Origin: Fimbriosthenelais zetlandica | Taxonomy: Eukaryota | Length of the DNA stretch: 64,000 nt | Reading direction: 5' to 3' | Assembly (NCBI GenBank): GCA_977030845.1 | Contig: OZ365112.1 | Span: 24,490,001 to 24,554,000, forward strand | Shown: positions 1 through 10,175 of the stretch, piece by piece | Layout of the letters: the number at the start of each line of letters is the position of its first letter | Numbering within the stretch: the first letter of the stretch is position 1 | Program-made: the position numbers and the translations under genes | The notes under the pieces: model-generated | Told to the model about the DNA's origin: nothing | The model's database searches: none | The model's input: only the letters and a program-made list of their open reading frames with translations

Positions 1-121
1 CTCAGCAAGTATAACTACTGTGAAAAACATAATCAGGGCATTTTTATATTAATTCAAGAGGTTAATAGTGTTTTTTCAAATAAAGTATATTTGGTGGTTT
101 GGATCTACTGGTGAGGTAGAA

Positions 122-156
122 GGGATGTGGTGGGGTAGGGTGGGGGAGGAGGGGGG
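122..156 (+). other. G-quadruplex-compatible G-tract cluster
   Basis: GGG-atgtggt-GGGG-ta-GGG-t-GGGGG-agga-GGGGGG. Confidence 0.4.
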
Positions 157-785
157 TACATTAGTGACATGGTTGGATCTCGTCCCAGTCGGTGTGTTTG
201 GTGGTTACCACATCTGTATTATACCTTCCTATGACACATCCAGCTGATGCTCACACCACAATTATCATACACATCCCTCACTGTTTTATTCAAACAGTTC
301 CATTTCAAATTTCATTTCATATTTAATTAAAAATTAAATTCATATTAATTAAAACATAATAATTTGGGTTTAAGATAAAGGTAATATTGCCATAAATGTA
401 GAAATTAAAACACAGGATGTCCATGTCTTAATCGACATCATTTTCATGATTAAAATTGTCCTTTAACGTTTTTTAATTTCTTTAAAACATAATGTGGGGA
501 AGTATAGGGCCACCCTATGACATTGATCAGTATCTTCTACTGATGGACTCTCTCCCATAGAAGGTTAAAACATCCTTCTTGCAGTCCAACATGATGCAGA
601 CTTGATGAACTCGACTGAGTGAGGACAAACATGTAGAATGGAGACAATGACCATGGTGATGTGAGACAAGATAAGACAGGTCGGGACGGGTGAGGACGGG
701 GTGAAGCACTGATAGCCATCCATCACCGCCTCACAAGCCCGCCACCTGTCAACTCACAATTTACCCAGAATACATCAATTACCTG

Positions 786-799
786 GTTACCATGGCAAC
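786..799. promoter_or_regulatory. RFX X-box motif
   Basis: GTTACCATGGCAAC matches the RFX consensus GTNRCCATGGYAAC; function unverified. Confidence 0.45.
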
Positions 800-2040
800 T
801 CCCAATCCCTCCAGATATCGTCCCCTCTCACGTGTGTCAGTTTTTGAGGGGAGAATCAAACATTGGAACAAAGCGTCTAAACGGCTCAACATCAAACAGA
901 GCCTGCCAGGGTGATTTATCAACAACTTGAAACTACATGTAATTGGTGGTAATTTGGAGACCCCCATGCCGTATTTGCCCACTAAATGCGAGGTTAAGCC
1001 TGTTTACAAAGTTTACTTTGAGTACATGCCAGGTTGGACCGATTTCATGGACGTAAAAACGAATTGATCCAATGACGTCTGATAAAATAATATTTATATT
1101 TTGTCTCAGAGAAAAAGTATCATATAATATCATTTCTAAGCCATGCTGTTCACTCAATATTTCTTGAATATACCAATTAACTCCTAAGACTTACAGGATC
1201 TGCTTGGCAAAACTCTTGAGAAAATGAATTAATGCATCACTTAAAACACACAAGTTGGCACGAGTTTCACCAGAGAACAAGTGCCTGGAAAAGGTGCCTA
1301 GTGTCATGCCCAGAAACCCCCTATCATCCGAAACACGCCTCTAAATAAGCTGCGCATTTTGGTTTTCTGAAAATAATCAATGTCATGCTTTCTCACCACT
1401 TTCTACAAGACATTGCTAAAGGATTTAGTATCAGATCTACAGGGATCGTAGTATGGTAGTACTTACTTTCGGTGCAATTTTTGTTTAATCTTCACTCAAT
1501 TAATATTTTTCCCTATCTTATGGCAGCCTATAGCTCTACTTTCAATATCTAGGGGCGCCCATCAGCATAAAATAGATCTTCCCAGAACCAAACTTTGGAA
1601 AATATACTTCCTCTTCTCTGTATTTCTCTACATTTTCTTGACAACGAAACCCCAATATTTTATATAAATCTGTACTTTTTTCTCTATAAATTATATTCAA
1701 TGGAAGGCGTTTCAGGTAAAGCAGCTAAGCTTTTATGCAACTTTTTCAGACGTCTAGTACGTCAAAATGAGTATAGATTTAGTAAAGTACCTATCCAGCA
1801 AGTGCATGAGAGTTAAAATGTGAACAATAATACGGGATATAAACTGGGGCGACCCTGGGAGACCTACATGTGTTCCCAGATCTCCCAAGACGCGGGGAAA
1901 GATCCGGTGGCAGGGATGGGTGCTGACATCTAGCGACAGTAAATCTAACTACCTCATACTTTCTCAAAGGGCTTATATATCACTAATCCATTTATCATTA
2001 CTTTCATACAATGAATATAATATTCATTAAATCTTCTGTT

Positions 2041-2145
2041 CTTGATTCATTCATTTACCACCATAATAATTCATTCATTCATTCATCCATCCATTCATTT
2101 CTTCCTTCCTTAATTCATTTATTCCTTTCTTCATTCATTTCACTA
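2041..2145. repeat. Degenerate (TCAT/TCCT)n simple repeat
   Basis: TTCATTCATTCATTCATCCATCCATTCATTTCTTCCTTCC; it underlies the His/Ser-rich ORF at 2011. Confidence 0.8.
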
Positions 2146-4920
2146 ATCAATATATCCTTTGCCAATACAGCTATTCACAATGGTATGATATTTCTTATGG
2201 GAACATTCTCAGCTATTGACAGTGGTGAGATATTTCTTATGGAAACATTGACAAAAGATTTCTGGGATGGGTTGATGAAATCAAACACGGCCATGGGCGT
2301 GATTTCTAACCCACGCAGGCCCCAGGCAACACTTTTCCATAAGTCCCTCCCAGATTTTCCTCTCTACAAAAAGCACATGTAGAAGGAAATTCCGAGGGAC
2401 TTAACGTATCCTTTCTAGGAACCCAAACATAAAATACAGGAACCACTTCTAAGATACATCAGAATAATATATTGAAAGAAAATGTCAAAAAAAAGTAAAG
2501 CAAGGACGTATTAGTCTTTCCTCGGCAAAAAAAAACTTTTTACAAGTTATCTCAATTCCCTGTGTTTATATGTGCGCAGTTCCCTAAAGTTTTCTTTAGA
2601 CAACGATATGTGATTAAGAAATGAAATAAAAATTAATCTCCTTACACCTCTGACATATGAACACGCCTCTCCCATCTTTTGACAGTGTATCATTATTGTA
2701 GGGGGATTTCCTCATCAATGTAGGCTATATACACTCAGTCTTGTATAGAGAGATAGCCTGGGTGACATGCCTTCAATGAGTTGACACTGCTGAGTCAAAC
2801 ACAAAGCCAGGAACAAGAGGGAGTGTTGTGAGAAGTGTGGCCCGCCTGCCCCAGGCTACTTTCCTTCTTGTCTCTCTGACTTAAGGAGAAGACCTAGTTG
2901 TTAAAAAGGCGAGGGCCATCTGCCATCTCAAAAACACGAGAGCATTTGAAAAAGTGATCTTGCTATTTTCTGTCTTCAGTAGGCATTTATAATTCTCTTT
3001 CCCATATTCTTCAGAAAGTTGACTTAAGTTAGATTCTGTTCTCACAAAAGTCTGTTGAACTTAATTACCATTTAGATTAGGTCATTTTGGCTATCTCTAA
3101 AATTTACCATTAATATCTGCACCTTTATATTACTATATATTATAATGCCTGCCAGGTGGGAGTGAGTAGAAGAGAGTGGAAGGTAACATTTAAATTGTTA
3201 AACACTTGAATGTATAAAATGCAAACAAGACCAACATTTTCCACTTTGAATTAATTGGCATCTGCAAATGGGTATTCAATACAATAGCCTATACATTGTA
3301 GGCCCCCTATACCAATAATTATATATCTCTGAACTGTGCATCACTCATAAGATCACGATGGCAAGATCACGATGGCAACATATATATATCAAAACCATAG
3401 GTAGGGCCTAATATGGCCTAGCATAGAGTGCCAATTCTATTGATTGACCAGTGGTCAGCTGGTGGTATAAGCTTGGCAGTGGTCATGTAGAGACATCAAC
3501 AAACAGGGGGTGCTGCCAGTTTTCCTATCTTTATGACCATTTAACTAACATGAGTGACCATGTGTTAGTCAAATGCCAGCTGGACATCAGCCCTAACAAA
3601 TTTAGGAACAGTTATAGTCGAGAACAACAGTGTTTTACACTGTTAGTGGGCAGATTTAGTCATTTTTAATGTCAGCCAACTGGTATTATGGTTAGGCCTA
3701 TGGACATTGTTTTAAGTCGTGTATTATTTTGTCGTCTAATTGGAATGTTTGAATACAAGATATAGGCCCTATTCTCAGTGTTCTTTAGCCTTTAGGTCTA
3801 TCCGGTATCAAAATATTTCTAGTTATGTAAAATAGTTAGAACTATAACGTTAGAATCTAACGTTATAAGTCTTACAGAACATAGAACATCTGATATTCTA
3901 TCATGTTCTGTAAGACTTGGAGAATCAGATGAGACTTTGAGTTTGATCACTGATGAACATTTAGGCCTAGCTGTAAGTGGTAAGAATCCTACTAAAGCCT
4001 AGGTCTATAAATTCATTAGGAGGGCTTACCTTTGGCTGTCCAGACGAACATGACAGTAGGAGAACTTCGTATTGTTTACTTCACAGCAACACACAATGCC
4101 TGGAATTGGATGCAGGAAGGCTCCTCACTTTTGGATCATTGGATGAGGCCGGGCAACCTCCAGCATCGTGTTGTCTGTTGATGGTAGATCCGACTGTTTC
4201 AGCAATGGCAGGACTGCGTCCACAAACTTGAGGAATGTTCACTTATGGGCCAATCTATTAGCTTCCTGTACATGTTATCGGTGCCTGTGGAGTTAAAGGA
4301 ATCCAGTGCTGTCACATTTTGTTTGAATTTGGATGAAGCGCAGTCAGTGAATCAACAAGTTTCGGTCGGCCATTTTCAATTCATTACCGAGATCACGTGG
4401 TTCTCATGCTCATAGATCGTAAATTAAGAAACGATACTGGGAATAAAGACTACATACATGATTAGGGTTGTTCTATGGACCTACCTGCTTATTTTGTGGA
4501 GCTTTGTCTCAGTTTAAGACGGGTAAAATCACTTTTGATCACATGAATGTAGCCCTCATCCACAACATGGTCGCCATTTTGGTCGGAAATGAAAACAGCT
4601 GTGTGGGTGACCCGTCAATCGCAGGTCACCACTACCATATAAGGTAAAGTAGGCGTGGCTTCACTCATCAATGCACACGTGTCTGTCCTTACAGGACACC
4701 ACCCGCTTTGGCACTCACGGCGTGGTTGCGGAGCGGCGCTGCCATCTCGTGTATTTCAACTGAACTAAAGCTTCAAGTTCCGATAGTTTCCGTAATATGG
4801 CAGCACATTCTAGTGGTCCCATGTGCTTCGAGTCTCCATGCGTGCCCAAAGACTGCTATAGCTTATGGGCTAACTCCACTATATATTATTAGGCCTATTA
4901 TTAGGCTTTTGTGTGGTGCG

Positions 4921-5693
4921 ATTAGGTCAAAATCAAACATGACAATAGATTAAAAGTGTATCTACTTTTTGACATAGAGTTGGAGGTATACAAATGGCTA
5001 AATGTTTTATAAATGATGCCTGAAATTTGTTCTCGTTGGATTAGCACTGACGAAAAGGAATATAATACAAAGAGTGTTGTCTGAGAGAAAATACACTTCG
5101 ATGGAGTCAAAATACGAAATATGAATAGATAAAATGTATATCAACCTGCATACATGGCGTCTAAGGCTAGGCAACTGCTGAATATTTGATAAAAGGGGCG
5201 AAAACCCTTTTTCCATAGAGTTAGCACTGAGCGATAGTTCACACTTATGCCACGGGGTGCGTCGTGGTACGGTGTGCTATCAGCTCACTCAGGAGCCATT
5301 TCTGACATTAATTACTGTTCAATTAGGTCAAAATCCAACATGACAATAGATTAAAAGTGTATCTACAATCTGACATAGAGTTGGAGGTATAAATATGGCT
5401 AATTATTTTATAAATGATGCCTGAAATTTGTTCTCGTTGGATTAGCACTGACGAAAAGGAATATAATACAAAGAGTGTTGTCTGAGAGAAAATACACTTC
5501 GATGGAGTCAAAATACGAAATATGAATAGATACAATGTATATCAACCTGCATACATAGCGTCTGAGGCTAGGCAACTGCTGAATATTTGATAAAAGGGGC
5601 GAAAACCCTTTTTCCATAGAGTTAGCACTGAGCGATAGTTCACACTTATGCCGCGGCTGGCGTCGTGGTACGGTGCGCTATCAGCTCACTCAG
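4921..5693. repeat. Tandem duplication with 401-bp period (4921-5292 / 5322-5693)
   Basis: Near-identical copies; the ORF track shows paired peptides offset by exactly 401 nt (5007/5408). Confidence 0.95.
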
Positions 5694-5815
5694 TTTCCCG
5701 CCAGATGACACCACATTCTAGTGGCCAGGGTAGGTCCTCCGTGTTTGGCGTCTTCAGGCCTAGGATTAGGCTACATAAAGCTTATGAGGGGTGGGGGCAT
5801 GCTCCCATAGTACCA

Positions 5816-5888
5816 GTCTTCATAGCTTAGTTGGTAGGACGTTGGCTTTCCATTCGGAAGGTTTCTGGTTCGAGTCCCGCTGGTGGTC
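5816..5888 (+). pseudogene. tRNA-Gly(TCC)-like Pol III unit 1 (degenerate cloverleaf)
   Basis: 73 nt. A box TAGCTTAGTTGGTAG, B box GGTTCGAGTCC, loop TT-TCC-AT. Anticodon and T stems are poorly paired. Followed by TTTTT at 5893-5897. Confidence 0.7.
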
Positions 5889-5974
5889 GTTCTTTTTCTT
5901 CCCGGTCAGGTGGTTTAGGGATGACATAGCCTAACTAGCATATGAGGGGTGGGGTGCATGCCACGGAAGGACGT

Positions 5975-6047
5975 GTCGTGATAGCTTAGTTAGTAGGGCG
6001 TTGGCTTCCCTATTGCAAGGTGTATGGTTCGAGTCCTGCTCGTGGTT
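5975..6047 (+). pseudogene. tRNA-Gly(CCC)-like Pol III unit 2 (degenerate cloverleaf)
   Basis: 73 nt. A box TAGCTTAGTTAGTAG, B box GGTTCGAGTCC, loop TT-CCC-TA. Acceptor GTCGTGA/TCGTGGT pairs only with 4 G-T wobbles. T7 run at 6050-6056. Confidence 0.7.
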
Positions 6048-6247
6048 TGTTTTTTTCTTCCCGGTCAGGTGGATTTACAAAAGGGACGTAGATTGCACTG
6101 CCACCTGGTGTTTAGCCTAGTTCCAGTAGTTTCCCGCCAGATGACGCCACATGCTAGTGGCCAGGGTAGGTCCTCCGTGTTTGGAGTGTTCAGGCCTAGG
6201 ATTACATAAAGTTTATGAGGGGTGGGGTGCATGCTTGGATCGTACCA

Positions 6248-6320
6248 GTCTTCATAGCTTAGTTCGTAGGACGTTGGCTTTCCATTCGGAAGGTTTCTGG
6301 TTCGAGTCCCGCTGGTGATC
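6248..6320 (+). pseudogene. tRNA-Gly(TCC)-like Pol III unit 3 (near-copy of unit 1)
   Basis: 73 nt; differs from unit 1 at two positions by eye. TTTT at 6326-6329. Confidence 0.7.
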
Positions 6321-6407
6321 ATTCCTTTTCTTCCCTGTCAGGTGGTTTATAGAAAAGGGTGACATAACTAGCATATGAAGGGTGGGGTGCATGCTTGGAG
6401 TGTCCCA

Positions 6408-6595
6408 GCCTGGTTAGCTCAGTCGGTAGAGCGTTGCATTCCCAATCGGGAGGACCCGGGTTCGAATACTGGTCTATCCATGGCTGGAAGAGTCTTTGGC
6501 CCGACTTAAAACGACCCCCTCTTGACTCGCCGGGGGTAAATGCCAAAATGGGAGTCCCGTCTGCGAGCGTGAGCCGGAACGGACAATTACTTTTT
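6408..6595 (+). mobile_element. tRNA-derived SINE-like element or Pol III ncRNA (unit 4 head 6408-6480 plus about 115-nt tail)
   Basis: Head GCCTGGTTAGCTCAGTCGGTAGAGC...GGGTTCGAAT has A and B boxes and a TT-CCC-AA loop but a broken acceptor stem. No T-run occurs until TTTTT at 6591-6595, and the tail contains short stems. Confidence 0.6.
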
Positions 6596-6911
6596 CTCCT
6601 ATACTTAAGTTGTGGTAAGCCTATGCCCTCTGTTTTATAGTCCTATAGGCCTACCAGAGAATTTGTCTGTGTTTTCAGATTAAATCAAGTAGGCCTAGGT
6701 CTTGGCGTAACCCTCAATGACGGTAGGCTTCCCACCGAGTAGGCCTAGGTCTAATGTGACGACCCCTGAACACCCCTGGCGGCCCTGCCACCTGGTAGGC
6801 CCTACTTTAGACATGAAGTAAACACAAAGACATGTAACCTACAGGATAATTTTTGTCTCGTAGTTCCGGTAGTTTACCGTCAAACTCAGATGGGGCCACC
6901 CGTAAATTCAG

Positions 6912-7278
6912 CGGCCTTCTTGAAAATCTTTAGTTCACGAATCTTCCGTCGATGAACTAGGCTAAAGTGAAAGAGGGCGCTACAGTGATCGTTCTGTATC
7001 GGAGATAGGGTTAGTTTTTCGTCTCTATCTCGTGAAAGACGAGAATATTTTGTTTTAAAACGATATGACAGTAGCATTACAAAGACAGAAGTGAGCTAGG
7101 AGTGGCATCAGCTTCATTCATTTTTTAATTTTATCGTAGGAGGCCTTGAAGTAGATGGGAATGAAGCGACGCTACCGCCCTCCCGGTAGGCGGCGAAGAT
7201 CTGAACTGAGGTTTGTGCCGGCGGCCATCTTGAAAATCTTTAGTTCCTGAATCTTCCGTCGATGACCAAGGCGCTACA
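6912..7278. repeat. Short direct duplication of about 55 bp (6912-6961 and 7221-7270)
   Basis: GCGGCC(T/A)TCTTGAAAATCTTTAGTTC(AC/CT)GAATCTTCCGTCGATGA, each copy followed by GGCGCTACAG. Confidence 0.85.
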
Positions 7279-7420
7279 GGTCCAGATCAGTGGTGGTTCT
7301 ATGGTGGAGCCAATGAAAAAAGGCGAAGTGCGCATGCGCGGATATATCTGTCAACATCCGGTATTCTTCCCAGCTCATGGCGGGAAGTCTCATCTGATTT
7401 GATTTCTTTGGTGAATAAGT
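7220..7420 (+). promoter_or_regulatory. POLD2 proximal promoter (housekeeping, possibly bidirectional)
   Basis: CpG-rich. YY1-like GGCGGCCATCTT at 7220-7231, CCAAT at 7310-7314, NRF1 palindrome GCGCATGCGC at 7330-7339, ATGGCGG at 7377. A possible short 5'UTR intron runs about 7411-7472 (acceptor CTTCTAG|7473). Confidence 0.6.
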
Positions 7421-7503
7421 AAATAATTCCAGAGCTGTCCTCGTTCAAAACCTATACTTCTCAACCTTCTAGACGGTTAGGCTTCTGAATCTACGAGTTA
7501 GGT

Positions 7504-7723
7504 ATGTTTGGAATATCGGAAAATGCCCCTAATGTGGGTAAACTTTTGTGCACCCCAAGTAAACAGTCGACATCTTTCATTCGGAAGGAGGGAGAGTACA
7601 CAGCGAGTTCAGACCGGTTTAAGCTCCACAAGAAGGAATTCCAGCGTCAATATGCTCACTTATATACAGAACGATTACTCACGTGTCGTCCTAAGTTGTT
7701 GGAGGCTGTTAAAGCTAAATGGG
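7504..7723 (+). CDS. POLD2: DNA polymerase delta subunit 2, coding exon 1
   Basis: ATG at 7504; MFGISENAPN...FKLHKKEFQRQYAHLYTERL...KAKW resembles the POLD2 N-terminus (FxRQYAHxYxxRL). Donor G|GTAAGT at 7724, phase 1. Confidence 0.93.
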
Positions 7724-8365
7724 GTAAGTAAATACTGCACTACTGGCTTTTTACCAGAAGAGCTACTGCTGTCCAAAGCCCTCGTTTCTCCCATTATCGC
7801 CCATGCCTATCGGCAAATACTAGGCCTACCGGTATACTATTGTCATGGGTAAATTTGGGTAACAAACTAACAAAAACAGTCTGTTTTGAATGTTATCGTG
7901 CCAGTCATTGCCTAGTTCGTTAAAGTTAGAAGTTTGTATGGACACGTGAAGGGCTACATGAAATCGCCACGTTATCAATATCATGCTTATAATAATTATT
8001 GCTTTATCAGAGAATAAATCTGATGGGGGTTGTCTGTGGAGCGGGTGGGATCTGGAGGTTTTTAAAATCGACATAATTTTGGGGGGATATGGCTGAATTT
8101 AATGAACTGACATCTATTTTTTCGTCATAGGAGGGTGGACTAATTAAAATGTTTGTTTATTCGGGTCCGTCAATAAATAAAATTAGCCTACCGGGGTATC
8201 CATCTTCATTCTGAAAATCAATCAATAAAATTAACCAGACAACAAATTCCAGGCCAGCCCCCGGTACCGGTATTCTAATTATTGTTCCCTAGGTTCCTAC
8301 GATAGGCCTATGAGTTCTACTAATTAACCCTTCCTCTTTCCTATTTCATTTTCGCTATCTTGTAG

Positions 8366-8487
8366 GAGCCGATGTGCCTGTCACAAAGCTTTTTGAACTG
8401 GAAGTTGACAAAAAATGCGTGGTTATTGGAACAATCTTTAAACACATGGAAATGAAGCCCAATATTCTGAAGGAAATCAGTGAAGAG
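8366..8487 (+). CDS. POLD2: POLD2 coding exon 2
   Basis: Acceptor TGTAG|; encodes (G)ADVPVTKLFELEVDKKCVVIGTIFKHMEMKPNILKEISEE; donor GAG|GTAATT at 8488, phase 0. Confidence 0.95.
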
Positions 8488-8575
8488 GTAATTACAGGAG
8501 ACTTCTCACAATTTTTACTTGATTTTCTTACTTGGACAGGTTATAAATGTACTGATGCTTTGTGATTTATTTCAG

Positions 8576-8702
8576 CATAATTTGCAAGTGGTTCCCCCTC
8601 GTGAAAGATACACAGACGACTCAGATGAACTCATTTTGGAGGATGAACTTCAAAGGATTAAACTCAAGGGTATTAAGATGGACGTTCACAAATTTGCAAC
8701 AG
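8576..8702 (+). CDS. POLD2: POLD2 coding exon 3
   Basis: TTCAG|; encodes [32 protein letters not shown]...FAT ([12 protein letters not shown] motif); donor G|GTATTT at 8703. Confidence 0.95.
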
Positions 8703-8849
8703 GTATTTGACTATATTTACTTCGTACTTAGATATGTAGTAGAGCTGGGTTCCTTCCTTTTCCCCTCAGTTTCAACCGACCTCGTATGGATATGGATAAA
8801 ATAGTCCTGATGTATCTGAGGCCTGTATTATATTAATATTGTTTTGTAG

Positions 8850-8970
8850 GTGTCATCGTTGCTGTGTATGGGGTGGAAAGCGATGATGATCGAGGCAAAT
8901 TTAATGTCGAAGATTACTGCTTCCAGTTGTTGCCAGATCAAATCCCGCGCCCTGTGGTTGAAGAAGACAG
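8850..8970 (+). CDS. POLD2: POLD2 coding exon 4
   Basis: TTGTAG|; encodes (G)VIVAVYGVESDDDRGKFNVEDYCFQLLPDQIPRPVVEED; donor AG|GTTGGT at 8971, phase 2. Confidence 0.93.
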
Positions 8971-9204
8971 GTTGGTATATTTTACAGCCTTTTTTCCAGA
9001 CTCATGGAAAAAACATTTCCATACAGGCTTCAAGAATATATATTTACTTTTTCTTTTAGAAATATATGTGGGAAAATTAATTAGCTGATAAAACTAAAAA
9101 ATATAGAGAATTAAAATCGCACTAGTTCTGGATTGCATTGGATCTTCATTGCATTGTGGTTCGTTCAGTTAACCTTCTTTGATTTATGCTTGATTTGCTT
9201 GTAG

Positions 9205-9400
9205 ATATGTTGTTTTAGTGAGTGGTTTAGACCTGGGTAGGAAGAATGAAGACTTGCTGGCCCTACAAATGATGATCGACCTGGTCACTGGTCAGCTGGG
9301 TGATGAAGATGAACAGAAGTCAGCGGCTAAAATAGTGCGCGTTCTTATAGCTGGTAACTCACTGAGTCAGGACACGCAGGATAAAGGCGCCATCAACCAG
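9205..9400 (+). CDS. POLD2: POLD2 coding exon 5
   Basis: TTGTAG|; encodes (R)YVVLVSGLDLG...LQMMIDLVTGQLG...IVRVLIAGNSLSQDTQDKGAINQ; donor CAG|GTTCAT at 9401. Confidence 0.95.
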
Positions 9401-9524
9401 GTTCATATCTCAACCTAATTCTCTTAAAAATATCTCATAAATGTCTTGAATGTTGGCGTCGTGACATAGTAAATACACTTAGTAATGATTTGAGAGGTTA
9501 ATTCAGTTTTTACCCCCTTCTTAG

Positions 9525-9605
9525 GCGAAATACCTAATGAAAAAGTCAGCAGCTGGTAGCGTTGAAGCAGTGAAGGCATTGGATAATTTCGTCGTCCAGC
9601 TAACG
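9525..9605 (+). CDS. POLD2: POLD2 coding exon 6
   Basis: CTTAG|; encodes AKYLMKKSAAGSVEAVKALDNFVVQLT; donor ACG|GTAATT at 9606. Missed by the ORF track because it is short. Confidence 0.93.
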
Positions 9606-9841
9606 GTAATTAGTTCTTTGCTTTTCACATGAAGGAAAATCACAAAATATAACATATTAAAGATAATTTCAATGAGCATCAGCTGAGATCCATTTTGTGT
9701 AAATTAATCTGGAAAGTCTGATAAAGTTTTTTATCATCTATTTCTATTAGAGAGGTTCAAAACATTATGCACAGAGAATAGGCAAAATAGGATTAAACAT
9801 AATTATAGCAATGACATAAGCTTTTTTATTTGACATTTAAG

Positions 9842-9999
9842 GCGTGTGTGGAGGTGGATCTGATGCCAGGAGAGTTTGATCCAGCTAACTTCACCCTGCC
9901 CCAGCAACCTCTACATCCATGTATGCTCCCACAAGCCATGTCCTACCCCACCCTCAACTGTGTTACCAACCCTCACGAGTTCCAAGTCAACGGAGTCCA
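9842..9999 (+). CDS. POLD2: POLD2 coding exon 7
   Basis: TTTAAG|; encodes [30 protein letters not shown]...[11 protein letters not shown] (MPGxxDP / LPQQPLHxC motifs); donor CA|GTAAGT at 10000. Confidence 0.95.
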
Positions 10000-10175
10000 G
10001 TAAGTCTTAAAACATCTACAATTATACTTTATCTTTTATATGCATGTAATATAATTGTAAGATCTAATATAATTTCCAAGAGTTTTAAGTGACAATCTTA
10101 CTTTCATTGGCAACGTATTTTGGGGCAAAAATAAGACAAATCTTTGCTGAGCTGAGTTGTAATTGATGTCTGCAG

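Larger units (their letters stand above)
5694..6394. repeat. Second tandem duplication, offset about 436 bp (5694-5961 / 6130-6394), carrying the tRNA-like units
   Basis: TTTCCCGCCAGATGAC...GGCCAGGGTAGGTCCTCCGTGTTTGG...unit1/unit3...ACTAGCATATGA(G/A)GGGTGGGGTGCATGC occurs twice. Confidence 0.9.

Noticed and set aside
792-1067. Plus-strand frame of 91 codons with a single in-frame TGA at 912 (possible selenoprotein or readthrough)
   Set aside because: The peptide is not recognisable. The AT-rich hairpin after it (ATGAC near 1072) does not form a proper SECIS GA/GA core, and the ATG lies inside an X-box palindrome.
5816-6480. Calling the four tRNA-like units functional tRNA-Gly genes
   Set aside because: The anticodon, T and acceptor stems contain several mismatches that are incompatible with a canonical cloverleaf.
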